The notes below the pieces were generated by a model that saw only the letters and a program-made list of their open reading frames with translations, made no database searches and was not told the DNA's origin. A program made the translations under genes and the position numbers. Positions 25,617 through 35,206 of a DNA stretch of 35,603 nucleotides are shown piece after piece (the stretch's first letter is position 1; each line of letters starts with the position of its first letter). The stretch covers positions 1-35,603 of the forward strand of contig JAHIKF010000008.1 in NCBI GenBank assembly GCA_018897875.1, given 5' to 3'. The DNA comes from Pseudomonadota bacterium. GTDB lineage: Bacteria > Desulfobacterota > Desulfobaccia > Desulfobaccales > 0-14-0-80-60-11.

Positions 25617-27314
25617 TCAGTGTTTCGCTGTCCGGCCTGCCAGTTGGGCCAGCATTTCCTGGATCTCCTGGCGCTCGTGGGCAAAAGCCGGATAGAGCCT
25701 TTGAGCCTTATCCAGATATTCGTGAGCTTCCTGGGTTTTCCCTTGCAGGGCGGCAATCTTCCCCAAAAGCCACCAGGGCCTGTAATAACCCGGGTTGAGA
25801 TCGCAGGCGGCCAGTGCCTCCCGCCACGCTCCATCAAAATCGCCTGCTTTCATGAATTCCTGGGCCAGGAGCCGGTTTTTCTCTGCGGTTAGATAGCGTT
25901 CATAGGAGCCATTCTCCAACATCCTGTCTGGAGGGATGAGCCTGACATTCTGGGGGTTATCGAAATTGGCCAGGTCGAAGGGAACAAAGGCTCCCAGCTG
26001 ATGCGGAGCCTGGGAGACCCAGATGATGCCCGCGGTTACATCAATAATAACGGAATGGGTGGCAATTAAGGGATTAATCGCAGCTTCGTTGCCGTAAGCT
26101 ATCTTATTTCCACCCGGCACCTCCCGGTCCCGGAGAATCGTCGCCGCCACCTCCGGGGCCAGGCTCCCATCAAATTTGTCCACCAACTCAAACATCCGGT
26201 GGTAACGGTCCAGCGACGTCCCCTCGGCTATATACTTCAGATTGTCCGGGTCCCGTTCGAGTTCTCGAGTCTGGAAGTGGTTGGCACAGACGATGAAGTC
26301 CCCGGAGACCTGGCGTACTGAGCATTTGGTGGGAGTTTTTTCAACTACCACCGCCCGGGAGGTCTTGCCAGAGGCCACCAGGTAGAGGTCGGAGACGAAC
26401 ACCCGGCTCCGCCTGATGATTTCCACTGCTTCCTCCAGGGTCCGGGCGTATTGCAGGACCTCCCGCATGACCAGGGATACCGGCGTCCCAACCGTGTGTG
26501 GCAGGGCGGACCGGGCGCCGTTAATGGTGACCGCAATATGGGCATCGTTAATACCGGAGACCGCTCCGGCCATACCGGACCAGGCTACGGAAATAAACCC
26601 CAAGCCACGATCTGGTTTTACTTTGATAACGATCTTGTTTTCATCGAACCATCTGCCGGGATTGAAATCGAAGTTCCGGCCCACCAGGAGGTGCCCATCG
26701 GCTGTCTTTCCCCCCCACGCCGCGAAAGAGGTACACCCCATCAGGGGACTGTCCATCACCACATGGGAGATATCATGCGCGGCGTGGTAATTGAGAATTC
26801 GGTGGTACAGCGAGGCAATGCCCCGGAACGGGTCCACATAGCCGCGGGAAAGCCCATAAATTTCCATCTGATAGTCGGAGGGCACATAGTCGGGCAGGTT
26901 CCGGTTCATCCAGTAGACATAAAGAGTCAGGAGCCACAGTTTCACCTTAGAGGGAACGAACTGCCGTACGGTATGGTAAAGGCTCTCTTCCTGTTTCTGC
27001 ATATAGTCCTGGGTCAACCGGGCATTGCAGTAACCCAGGGTGAAAGGATCTCCCTCGAGATACATGCGGAGAATCCCATCTTTCTTGGCAATCCAGGACT
27101 TGCCGATGATGGCGCGCTCGCCGTCTTTGACGAGGCTCTCTTTCAAGATAGGAGGAGTCCCGAGGAGCACCGGCTCCCGGGCGGTGCAATACCACACCGT
27201 AAACCAGGAGAAACCCAGGATCAGGGCCGAAACACCTAGGAAGACCGCCGCCGTAACTTTCAGGACTTTCTTAGCCCGGTGCGGGCGCTGGTATGCTTTT
27301 TCTGTAATCTTCAT
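25617..27314 (-). CDS. Membrane-anchored C45-family Ntn acyltransferase/hydrolase (acyl-CoA:6-APA acyltransferase-like) with C-terminal TPR
   Basis: It has an N-terminal TM helix (VTAAVFLGVSALILGFSWFTVWY), a putative autoprocessing/nucleophile site (MGCTSFAAWG), VGRNFDF, and a C-terminal TPR-like helical repeat (FMKAGDFDGAWREALAACDLNPGYYRPWWLLGKIAALQGKTQEAHEYLDKA). Confidence 0.8.
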   Translation of the reverse strand: MKITEKAYQRPHRAKKVLKVTAAVFLGVSALILGFSWFTVWYCTAREPVLLGTPPILKESLVKDGERAIIGKSWIAKKDGILRMYLEGDPFTLGYCNARLTQDYMQKQEESLYHTVRQFVPSKVKLWLLTLYVYWMNRNLPDYVPSDYQMEIYGLSRGYVDPFRGIASLYHRILNYHAAHDISHVVMDSPLMGCTSFAAWGGKTADGHLLVGRNFDFNPGRWFDENKIVIKVKPDRGLGFISVAWSGMAGAVSGINDAHIAVTINGARSALPHTVGTPVSLVMREVLQYARTLEEAVEIIRRSRVFVSDLYLVASGKTSRAVVVEKTPTKCSVRQVSGDFIVCANHFQTRELERDPDNLKYIAEGTSLDRYHRMFELVDKFDGSLAPEVAATILRDREVPGGNKIAYGNEAAINPLIATHSVIIDVTAGIIWVSQAPHQLGAFVPFDLANFDNPQNVRLIPPDRMLENGSYERYLTAEKNRLLAQEFMKAGDFDGAWREALAACDLNPGYYRPWWLLGKIAALQGKTQEAHEYLDKAQRLYPAFAHERQEIQEMLAQLAGRTAKH

Positions 27315-27401
27315 AAGGGCGGCGTTAGAAATTGAAACAGCCTCGGGCGCAAGGGACAGCCAGCCGTGCGGACTTATTTTGACCTCTGGAGTCCCATATT
27401 T

Positions 27402-28625
27402 TCAGGATTCCTTTTTTACAATAAGCACGGCGTTGACCCCACCGAAGGCGAAGTTGCTGGTCATTACCAGATCCAACTCGGTTTCTATCTTTTCCTGGAC
27501 ATGACCGATACCGCGGCAGGCGGGGTCTATCTCCTCCAGATTGAGGGTGGGAGCGATAAATCCGTGCTTCATCATCAGCAGGCAGAATATCAGCTCAATA
27601 GCCCCACACGCTGCCAGGGTGTGGCCCGTGTATCCCTTGGTGCTGCTCACAGGCACCTTGTCGCCTATCAGTTCCTTAATGGCCTGGCATTCCGCTATAT
27701 CACCCAAATCAGTGCCGGTGGCATGGGCATTGATATAAGCCAGGTCAGTATTCTGGATGGCGGCAGCTTCCAACGCCGCACGCATACAACGGACCATACC
27801 ATCCTGGCTGGGTGTAGTCATGTGGCTGCCGTCGCAACAAGTCCCGTATCCTAAAATTTCACCGTAGATTTTGGCGCCTCGCTCCCGGGCGCGGCCATAT
27901 TCTTCTAAAACCACAACGGCCCCACCTTCGCTAACCACTAAACCGTCGCGGCGAATATCAAAAGGCCGCGGGGTGGTGTGGGGGGCGTCGTTAAAACTCC
28001 TGGAGGCTGCATGCAGGATGTCAAAGACCCCGGCGGTGATGGGATGAAGATCATCGGCGCCGCCGCAGAACATCAGGTCCTGGTAGCCGTCTTTAATTGC
28101 CTCATAACCGTAGCCAATGGCCTGGGTTGATGAAGCACAGGCGCTACAGGGGGCGATCAAGCGGCCCTTAACGCCAAGCATCGTCCCCACATTAGCGGCT
28201 ACCGTATGCCCCATGATTTTCATGAAGTTGGTGCCTTCTTGTTCCAAAATGCCGCCGGTGGCCAGGTAACTGCCAAAAAAGTTTTCCAGAACTGGCACTG
28301 AGCCTGTGGTGGAACCCATGGCAACACCGGTGCGCTCCGACGTAACATCGTCCTCGCCCAGGTTGGCGTCCGCCATGGCGTCCTGCGAGGCCAGGGCCGC
28401 CAGGATGCCTACCCTGCCCATGGTCCGGCGATGCTTGCGCTCAATCAGGCGCGGCTCAATCCCGTCTACTACCCCAGCTACCAGGGATCTCAGGCCCTGG
28501 ATTCGCTCCCATTCCGACATGCGCCGAATTCCCGACTTACCGCTAAGCAAACTTGCCAGCACCGCCTCAAGGGAATTGCCGATGGGAGAAAGGATGCCGA
28601 TACCGGTAATGGCCACCCGCCTCAT
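27402..28625 (-). CDS. Beta-ketoacyl-ACP synthase, FabB/FabF-like
   Basis: It starts MRRVAITGIGILSPIG and has PCSACASSTQAIG, NAHATGT and GYTGHTLAACGAIE...HGFIAPTLNLEEID. Confidence 0.92.
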   Translation of the reverse strand: MRRVAITGIGILSPIGNSLEAVLASLLSGKSGIRRMSEWERIQGLRSLVAGVVDGIEPRLIERKHRRTMGRVGILAALASQDAMADANLGEDDVTSERTGVAMGSTTGSVPVLENFFGSYLATGGILEQEGTNFMKIMGHTVAANVGTMLGVKGRLIAPCSACASSTQAIGYGYEAIKDGYQDLMFCGGADDLHPITAGVFDILHAASRSFNDAPHTTPRPFDIRRDGLVVSEGGAVVVLEEYGRARERGAKIYGEILGYGTCCDGSHMTTPSQDGMVRCMRAALEAAAIQNTDLAYINAHATGTDLGDIAECQAIKELIGDKVPVSSTKGYTGHTLAACGAIELIFCLLMMKHGFIAPTLNLEEIDPACRGIGHVQEKIETELDLVMTSNFAFGGVNAVLIVKKES

Positions 28626-30115
28626 GAGGTTTCTTCCTTGATCTTGTTTATGAGATAGTTGCGACCCAAAATGGCAGTGCCGGTATAAACCCCGCTGATC
28701 AGCGCCCCCATGACTCCTGGCTGGACAATGCTCTGCCCGGCTAAAAACAAGTTTTTGACTTTCGTTTCGGTGCTAAGCTGGGCATGCCTGAAGTTGCTGG
28801 CCGATTTAATAATACCATAAGCCGTACCCCAGGGTGTCAGGGTATAGTCCCGGAAGGTAAGGGGGGTACAGGCGTCCACCATCTTCAGGGATGGCGCCTG
28901 CTCTGGCCAGTGCTCCTGCAAGGTGTCCAGGATGCGCCTGGCCAGGGAACGCTTTGCGGCTTGGTAGGCTTCGGAGCGTTCCCCTCTTCGGGTCAGCTCA
29001 AAAGGTGTCATCTCTCCCGGAGCTATCCCCACCAAAGCAGTTACCGCATATTCGCGGTTGGCTTCTTGGGGCATGGCGCAGCAATAGATCATGCTGGGCC
29101 TCTGGGAAAGGGAAACTAATTTTTGGTGATATTGCGCTTCCGTGTCCCAGCTATTGTAGATAAAGGTATCACACTGGACCAGGGTACAATCAGGGTGCCC
29201 CCAACTGAGCGCCAGGGCAAAAGCGCCGAAGGTGTCCTGCGTATCTTCCAGTCTGTGCCTGAAGGCGGGGCGGAAGGAGCCGGGCGGGCAGAGGGTGAGG
29301 ATCTGGCGGGGATGGCCCGTAAAGATCACGAGGTCTGTCGGAATGTATTCCGCATTTGCCAGCACCACGCCTTCGACTCGCCCCCCGCTGGCCGAGATAT
29401 TGGTCACCAGGGCGTTACAGCGAACTTCACCGCCATGGGCCAGTAAGCTTTTGACAAAAGCTTCCGCCAGAGGTGTGGCACACTCGTCGACCCGCCACGA
29501 ACTATTAAGAAACGAGTCCATGACCAGGAAATGAGTGTGCAGCGGGCATTCACTCGGGGGAATCCCATAGAGCGGATTGCTGGCAGAGAGAATCCCTTTA
29601 AGTTCCCGGGAGCAGTTCAAGTGGTCCAGGTAGGAAGCCAGAGATATGCTTTCCAGAATCGGCCCCGACCTCTCAGATTCGTTCAACAGGTTATAAAGAG
29701 GAAACTGGGAAACCAGGCGATTCATATCCGTGAAGAACTGATCGATTGCCACTTTCTCCCGGGGAAAATATTGGTGCAGGCGCTCGCGAAAAGCATCCTG
29801 GCCGATGGGAACCCTGAATCGTAAGCCGGGAAAGGAGTATTCTTCAAATCCGTCTGCGGACATACGCTTCAGGCTCAGTTTATCCCGAACCTCAAGATAC
29901 TGGAAGTACCGACTCAGGATCTGTCCATCGTCCAGGGAACCAAGACGGTGAACCCCGGTGGGAAAGACCAGGGCTTGGCGGCGAAAATGCTGCATGAGCC
30001 CCCCTGGCTGGGAGTGTTGCTCCAATACGAGGACCCGCCGTCCTTCCTTGGCGAGGATGATGGCTACGGTCATCCCGCTAACCCCGGAGCCGATTATGAC
30101 CGCGTCGTAGCGCAT
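28622..30115 (-). CDS. NAD(P)/FAD-dependent oxidoreductase of the phytoene desaturase (CrtI) family
   Basis: It has the dinucleotide fold YDAVIIGSGVSGMTVAIILAKEGRRVLVLEQHSQPGG and the C-terminal CrtI-type motif LFLAGQSIVQPGVMGALISG. An ATGA-type 4-nt overlap links it to the downstream KS. Confidence 0.85.
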   Translation of the reverse strand: MRYDAVIIGSGVSGMTVAIILAKEGRRVLVLEQHSQPGGLMQHFRRQALVFPTGVHRLGSLDDGQILSRYFQYLEVRDKLSLKRMSADGFEEYSFPGLRFRVPIGQDAFRERLHQYFPREKVAIDQFFTDMNRLVSQFPLYNLLNESERSGPILESISLASYLDHLNCSRELKGILSASNPLYGIPPSECPLHTHFLVMDSFLNSSWRVDECATPLAEAFVKSLLAHGGEVRCNALVTNISASGGRVEGVVLANAEYIPTDLVIFTGHPRQILTLCPPGSFRPAFRHRLEDTQDTFGAFALALSWGHPDCTLVQCDTFIYNSWDTEAQYHQKLVSLSQRPSMIYCCAMPQEANREYAVTALVGIAPGEMTPFELTRRGERSEAYQAAKRSLARRILDTLQEHWPEQAPSLKMVDACTPLTFRDYTLTPWGTAYGIIKSASNFRHAQLSTETKVKNLFLAGQSIVQPGVMGALISGVYTGTAILGRNYLINKIKEETS

Positions 30116-33100
30116 CCTGATTCCTTCTTGAAGACCAAGACAATATTGGAGCCGCGGCCTAGGTCTGGAACCTCCGCAAGAAACTTGACTCCTTGCTTGG
30201 TAAAGGCGTTTATAAAAAACTCCTTGGTCTGAAAATACAGGCCGGTCCCTCTTTGGTTATGCCCCACCTTAACCCCGAAATATTCTCCCATCCTTACCGC
30301 CAGATGGCCAAATGAACGAGTGCTAAAAGCATCTCTAAATACAATTGATCCCCCTTCACGGAGGGCCTGGCAGGCTTTGGCGATTACCTCCAATTGCCTG
30401 CCCTCGGGCCAATAGTGGAGGGAATCAATCAACAACACCACGTCTACCGGAGGATATTCCCATTCCAGAAAATTTTCCCTATGGAATTCTATATTGGGGA
30501 AAGCCAGGGCCACTCCCTGACTGACCCTAAACTTTCTCTCGTCAAAGTCAATGCCCAGTATGTGTCTGTGCCTCGATTTACGGGCCAAAATTGCCGCCAT
30601 CAGCCCATAGCCAGATCCCAGGTCCAGAACGGTTCCTTCTTGGGGCACCAGGTCGTTTATACCCTTATAGATGGGATCCAATCTTAATTTCCAGGAAATA
30701 TAACTCTCTACATAACTGCCACGGTAATTATAAAGCGATCTGATGTTATGCCAGAAGGACGGGCCATCCTGGGATAGTTGCCAATCCTGGAGTTCATAGC
30801 GCTGCAGCATTTTCTTGACATGCCGGGAAAGTTCTCGGGCTTCCAGGGAATAATCGAACTGGTCCCTGGTTACCCGGTCCAGCACCCGCACCACCGTCTG
30901 GTGGTCTCCCACCCAAAAGGCCTTGGGAGGAACGCAATCCTTGGAATTGGAAATCAATACCGGTAAGATATCGCTTTCAGTTTCCAGCGCCAGCTTGAAC
31001 GCTCCCACGTGGAAGCGCCTGAGTTGGCCATCCGGGGAACGGCTGCCCTCCGGGAAAATCATGATGGAAATCCCTTTTTCCAGGCATTCCCGGCTCTGTT
31101 GTAAAATTCCCTGATATGATTCTTGATCCACAAGTATATAGCCAGCATCCTGGATCAGGGGTCCGATCACCGGCGCATCCCAAACCCATTGTTTAACCAC
31201 CATCACCATCTCCACCGGGAGGGCAAGCATCAGCATGATGTCAAAGGAGGATTGGTGATTACTGATGATAACGGACGGCCGAGCAAATTTATCTGGCTCC
31301 GCTCCGAGGTATATGCGCCGGCTGTCCAAGTAAGGAATATGTCGCACCAGTGCTGCCGCCACCATATGGAGATAACGTCGGCAAAACTTGCGTCTGGCTT
31401 CCGAGTCCTGGGGATAGCGCAGTCTCATGACCCAGCGAAGGCAATAGCTATATAGGAAGGCAGCCCCTACAAGATAAACTGCGGCCCAGGCGGCTCCCGC
31501 CATTGTCTTCAGAGAAGGAGTCCCATGGCTCCCGTCTTGCCACAAGAGCCGTTTCATGTAGGATGGCACAATCACCAAAGCCGCCGCCACGCTGGCAAGC
31601 ATGGAGATCAGTCCCGTGAGACCCATAGAAAATAGCATGCTGTGCCTGGCAAATACCAGGCTGAAAAAACCGCCTGCGCTGGTTAAAGCGCAAATTATGA
31701 CCGCCCCGCACATGAGGGACTCATGGCCACCCTGGCTCCGATACTGATTCAGGGCGCTGCTCATCAGGAAGATGCTGAAGTCCACCCCCACCCCAAAAAT
31801 AAAAACCACGAAGAGGAGACTCATAAGATTGATGCGGACGCCCAAAAAGCCCATCATTCCCATGGTGACGACCACGCTGGCCAGAACCGGCAGCAGATTC
31901 ACTATTACCAGTTCCGCCCGCCGGAGAAAGAGGAACAGGACGAGAGTGATGGCCCCGAGAGCAATAAGCAGCAGTTTGTGGAACTCCCCTTTGACCAGGG
32001 TGCCCATATGTTCCACAAAGGCTTTCTTATCCACCACTATGGCCCCCGGTACCGCCGCCGCGATCCTGGTTTCGATCTCGGGCAGTCGGGAACGGTCCTC
32101 CAGGAAAAAAGAGCTCATTACCAGGCTCTCCGTTCCGTCAGTCACCACCTTGCTGGCCATCAGGTACTTTAGTGGCGTGGACTGAAAGTCTTTAAGGGTG
32201 ACAGGTGGAGGCGTTTGATCCAACGCATCAAAAAAGGGTCCGAAGATTTTCGAATTAAACCCCTGGGCTTCTGCCTCCTTTTCAAGACTTGACCTCAGGG
32301 CACTGCGGCGTGAAGCTGACCAGAATTCTTTCCATCTCTGGAGATTGTCCTCCTGGGTCCTGAGCGCGGGAAGGATGGGAGAGATTGACCCGAACCGGAC
32401 AATCTTTCCGGCCGCCATGAGCTCCTTTAACACCTCGAACACGCGGTCATTTGCTTCCAGGGCTTCTTCAAGGTTGGCGCCGTGCACAACCGTCGCGGTT
32501 GGAGAAAAACTACCCCATACTTTCAGTATCTTTTCTGAGTCCCTTTGGTTTTCCGGATTAAGGTGGCTTAACCGGGAGACGTCCCCCTCGAACTGTAGCC
32601 AGGTGATCCCGTAAGCGCCCAGCGCCAGCAAACTTACCCCCGCAATCAGGGTCCAGCGGCGATAATTATCCCTCCATTCTCGAAACCGGAAGCAAAAAGT
32701 ATCCAGGGGAAAAACAGGTCTGGATACTTTACCGGGGCGGTCGGGGATAAAATATCGTAAACCCAAGATGGCAAAAAGCATGGCGCCGATAATCCCGAGA
32801 CTGGCAAACCATCCCATCTGCCGCTGACCTGGCAGGGACATGAAAGTCAGACCGGCGAATCCGGCAATAGTGGTGGCCGCGCCCATCACCAATGGAAATA
32901 CCAGGGCGCGCAGTACCTGTTTCCGCTTCGTCCTCCCGGTTTCCACGTTGTCCAGGTGGTAGAGAAGTAAAACGCCATAATCCACCGCAATCCCTACCAG
33001 CACTGTGCCGCAGCCCAGGGCGATAGCAGAAAAGAATGGGTCCCAGAGAGCTATTACCCCGGCCGCCATGGTCAGACCAAATGCGGCTGGCAAAAAGATC

Positions 33101-33972
33101 AGAAGCACGAACAGTCTGCGGCGAAAGACCAAGAAGCCAAGCAACAACAGGCCAAGCGACATGGAAATGGTGGCCCGGGTAACGTCACCTTTGATGGTTA
33201 AAGAATTATCGAGGGTCGATATATGACTGCCGGTAAAACTTATTCCGACCCGACTCCTGGGGGAGACCTCGACCGACTCGCGGCGCGCCTGGTTAAGCAG
33301 TTCCACCAGCTTCTCTCCCCGTTTGGTATCCACTGCCGGGAAGTCTGGAAGGGCGATCATAAGAATATGCTTGCCATCCTCGTTCCACAAACGGCCGGCT
33401 TGCATCTGGGTTCCGGCAGAATCCGCCCGTAAGATTTCCAGCTTTTGTAAAACCAGGTCATCAAGGTTTAGCGGATCCCGGCTCACCCGGCCGCTCCAGA
33501 ATACTCCGGCGGGCTCGAGCAGACGGCGCTTGGCAGCCGCAAGCAACCGGCGAACCTCCTCATCCTTCAGGCGAGAGCCATAACGAGCCATATCAGTCTC
33601 CCCCGCCAGACGGGCCTTTCTGGAACTCAGTAAGACGATAAGGTTGCCGAATTGATCGCCGGAAATTTTATAAAAAATATTGGCGAAAATCCCAGAACGG
33701 TGCAACCTCTCGTAAAAGGCATCGGCCACGGATTCGGCATCCTGTTGGTCTCCTGGCTTTGCCGACTCGGATTCGATATCCACATAGACTGCATCCAACA
33801 CATGGAAGCGCTGGGCTACGAACAGGTATCGGTTGAATATCGGGTCGGTATCCGGCAGCATGGACGTAAGCCGTTCGTCCAGATGCAGTCGGCTAGCTGA
33901 AATCAGACTCAAAATTAAGAGGGTACCCAGAGCGAGGATGGCTCCCCAGCGTCGCCGATTTTCAGGTTTCAT
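30094..33972 (-). CDS. Triple-fusion protein: MMPL/RND-type lipid exporter + PlsC-type (LPLAT) acyltransferase + class I SAM methyltransferase
   Basis: The MMPL part has two 6-TM bundles with GIAVDYGVLLLYH and GVGVDFSIFLMSS. The PlsC part has motifs NHQSSFD (31240-31260) and FPEGSRS (31036-31056). The SAM-binding motif I is VLDLGSGYG (30604-30630). All lie in one uninterrupted frame. I prefer ATG 33972 (AGGAGAGGA Shine-Dalgarno). The track ORF starts at 34017. Confidence 0.88.
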   Translation of the reverse strand: MKPENRRRWGAILALGTLLILSLISASRLHLDERLTSMLPDTDPIFNRYLFVAQRFHVLDAVYVDIESESAKPGDQQDAESVADAFYERLHRSGIFANIFYKISGDQFGNLIVLLSSRKARLAGETDMARYGSRLKDEEVRRLLAAAKRRLLEPAGVFWSGRVSRDPLNLDDLVLQKLEILRADSAGTQMQAGRLWNEDGKHILMIALPDFPAVDTKRGEKLVELLNQARRESVEVSPRSRVGISFTGSHISTLDNSLTIKGDVTRATISMSLGLLLLGFLVFRRRLFVLLIFLPAAFGLTMAAGVIALWDPFFSAIALGCGTVLVGIAVDYGVLLLYHLDNVETGRTKRKQVLRALVFPLVMGAATTIAGFAGLTFMSLPGQRQMGWFASLGIIGAMLFAILGLRYFIPDRPGKVSRPVFPLDTFCFRFREWRDNYRRWTLIAGVSLLALGAYGITWLQFEGDVSRLSHLNPENQRDSEKILKVWGSFSPTATVVHGANLEEALEANDRVFEVLKELMAAGKIVRFGSISPILPALRTQEDNLQRWKEFWSASRRSALRSSLEKEAEAQGFNSKIFGPFFDALDQTPPPVTLKDFQSTPLKYLMASKVVTDGTESLVMSSFFLEDRSRLPEIETRIAAAVPGAIVVDKKAFVEHMGTLVKGEFHKLLLIALGAITLVLFLFLRRAELVIVNLLPVLASVVVTMGMMGFLGVRINLMSLLFVVFIFGVGVDFSIFLMSSALNQYRSQGGHESLMCGAVIICALTSAGGFFSLVFARHSMLFSMGLTGLISMLASVAAALVIVPSYMKRLLWQDGSHGTPSLKTMAGAAWAAVYLVGAAFLYSYCLRWVMRLRYPQDSEARRKFCRRYLHMVAAALVRHIPYLDSRRIYLGAEPDKFARPSVIISNHQSSFDIMLMLALPVEMVMVVKQWVWDAPVIGPLIQDAGYILVDQESYQGILQQSRECLEKGISIMIFPEGSRSPDGQLRRFHVGAFKLALETESDILPVLISNSKDCVPPKAFWVGDHQTVVRVLDRVTRDQFDYSLEARELSRHVKKMLQRYELQDWQLSQDGPSFWHNIRSLYNYRGSYVESYISWKLRLDPIYKGINDLVPQEGTVLDLGSGYGLMAAILARKSRHRHILGIDFDERKFRVSQGVALAFPNIEFHRENFLEWEYPPVDVVLLIDSLHYWPEGRQLEVIAKACQALREGGSIVFRDAFSTRSFGHLAVRMGEYFGVKVGHNQRGTGLYFQTKEFFINAFTKQGVKFLAEVPDLGRGSNIVLVFKKESGCATTRS

Positions 33973-34176
33973 GTTCCTCTCCTGGGACCGGGCAAAGCCC
34001 AAGAAGTTGCGGCGCATAGGGGAGCGACGGCAGGAAGCCGATAGATTGGGGTACGTTGGCGGTAGTTGAAGCGGAAAAATATTGCTTTAAGGCCATGAGC
34101 TGGCCCCGTCTACCTCAGAGGGATTTAGGCATTCGGAGAGGTTGAAAGGAAAAATTGCCATTACTTCCCATTTGAA

Positions 34177-34980
34177 CTAAGTATTTCGACCAGTTCCCTT
34201 GCCGTAGGCACATGGCATTTTCTGAATTATCTTTTGGAATAACAGAGAAATAATCAAAACGGAAACCAACATGAAATCTCGAAAAGGACGAAAATGCGAC
34301 TTACTGCCTGGGACATAGTTTACAGCAATGGGAACTTCCCGTATCGGGGTGCCCGCCCACAGGGCCATTACCAATACTTCAATTTCAAAATCATATTTTT
34401 GCTTTTTCAAGGGAAGTTCAAGAATGGAAGCCAGGGGATAGGCCCGGAACCCGCATTGAGAATCACCCACCCACTTTTGTGTGAGAACCCATACCCAGAA
34501 ATTGGAATGGGCCCGCAAGAGCCGGCTTTTTAGTCGCTTACCTCCTCCGGCCAGATTACGCCGCCCAACGATCAGAGCGTCTGGGTGGTTTTCCATTTCC
34601 TCAAGAAATTTCGACAAGTCCACTGCCAGATGTTGCCCGTCTCCGTCCATGGTTATCGTATAATTATAATTAGAGTGAGCGGCAAACCGAAGGCCACTGA
34701 CTAAAGCCGCACCCTTCCCCAAGTTGCGTTCATGGGTAATTACCGTAATACCCGGAATCGCCGACAAGACCTTGTCGGCCCCATCGGTTGAGCCATCATT
34801 CACTACTATCAGGTCCGGTGTTACTTTCAGAATATCCTTTATCACGTCACCCATGGTGAGTTGATTGTTGTACGTCGGCACAACGATACAAAATGATGAA
34901 GGGGATCTGTTGATATCGTTTGGCGGGGATGCCCTCTCACCCTCGGGGGTTGAGCGTTTCACTTCCTCAGGTGGCCTCAT
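34177..34980 (-). CDS. Family 2 glycosyltransferase (ApeG-like / Dpm1-like)
   Basis: It has FCIVVPTYNN, VVNDGSTDG and TMDGDGQH motifs typical of GT2 (GT-A fold), plus a C-terminal hydrophobic helix. Confidence 0.88.
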   Translation of the reverse strand: MRPPEEVKRSTPEGERASPPNDINRSPSSFCIVVPTYNNQLTMGDVIKDILKVTPDLIVVNDGSTDGADKVLSAIPGITVITHERNLGKGAALVSGLRFAAHSNYNYTITMDGDGQHLAVDLSKFLEEMENHPDALIVGRRNLAGGGKRLKSRLLRAHSNFWVWVLTQKWVGDSQCGFRAYPLASILELPLKKQKYDFEIEVLVMALWAGTPIREVPIAVNYVPGSKSHFRPFRDFMLVSVLIISLLFQKIIQKMPCAYGKGTGRNT

Positions 34981-35206
34981 AGATCACTTTCCCATACTTG
35001 TTGGCTTGATAGGATAGGCCCCCGATGACGCCCTTACTTTCCTCGAAGCGCTCCGTGGCCATGACGATAATGTCGAAGGGATGCTTCAAACCGTTTAGGG
35101 CCAGCCGCCGTGTGCCGAGAAATGCAGCCAGTCGGAGAGCCAGATGTCGAAATTCGGCGCGTCCGGTTCGATGAGCGGGGAAGGGAAACGGAGACACTCT
35201 GACCAC
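34967..35206 (-). pseudogene. Possible remnant of a minimal nucleotidyltransferase (MNT/Pol-beta-like) gene
   Basis: The C-terminal half, HPFDIIVMATERFEESKGVIGGLSYQANKYGKVIYEA, fits the tail pattern of small nucleotidyltransferases (P.D.IV.T.EEF.......L..A...GKVLYE). The expected GS..RG...SD.D catalytic region is degenerate (FPAHRTGRAEFRHLAL), and there is no ATG (GTG start only). Confidence 0.35.

Noticed and set aside
4987-35206. I considered calling the cluster a bona fide aryl-polyene, flexirubin or ladderane cluster.
   Set aside because: I could find no aryl-activating (ApeH-like), ammonia-lyase, chorismate-lyase or dialkylresorcinol genes. Nothing anammox-specific is in the window, and the GC content is unlike what I recall for known anammox genomes. 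Only the general Ape-like scaffold is supportable, and the product class remains open.
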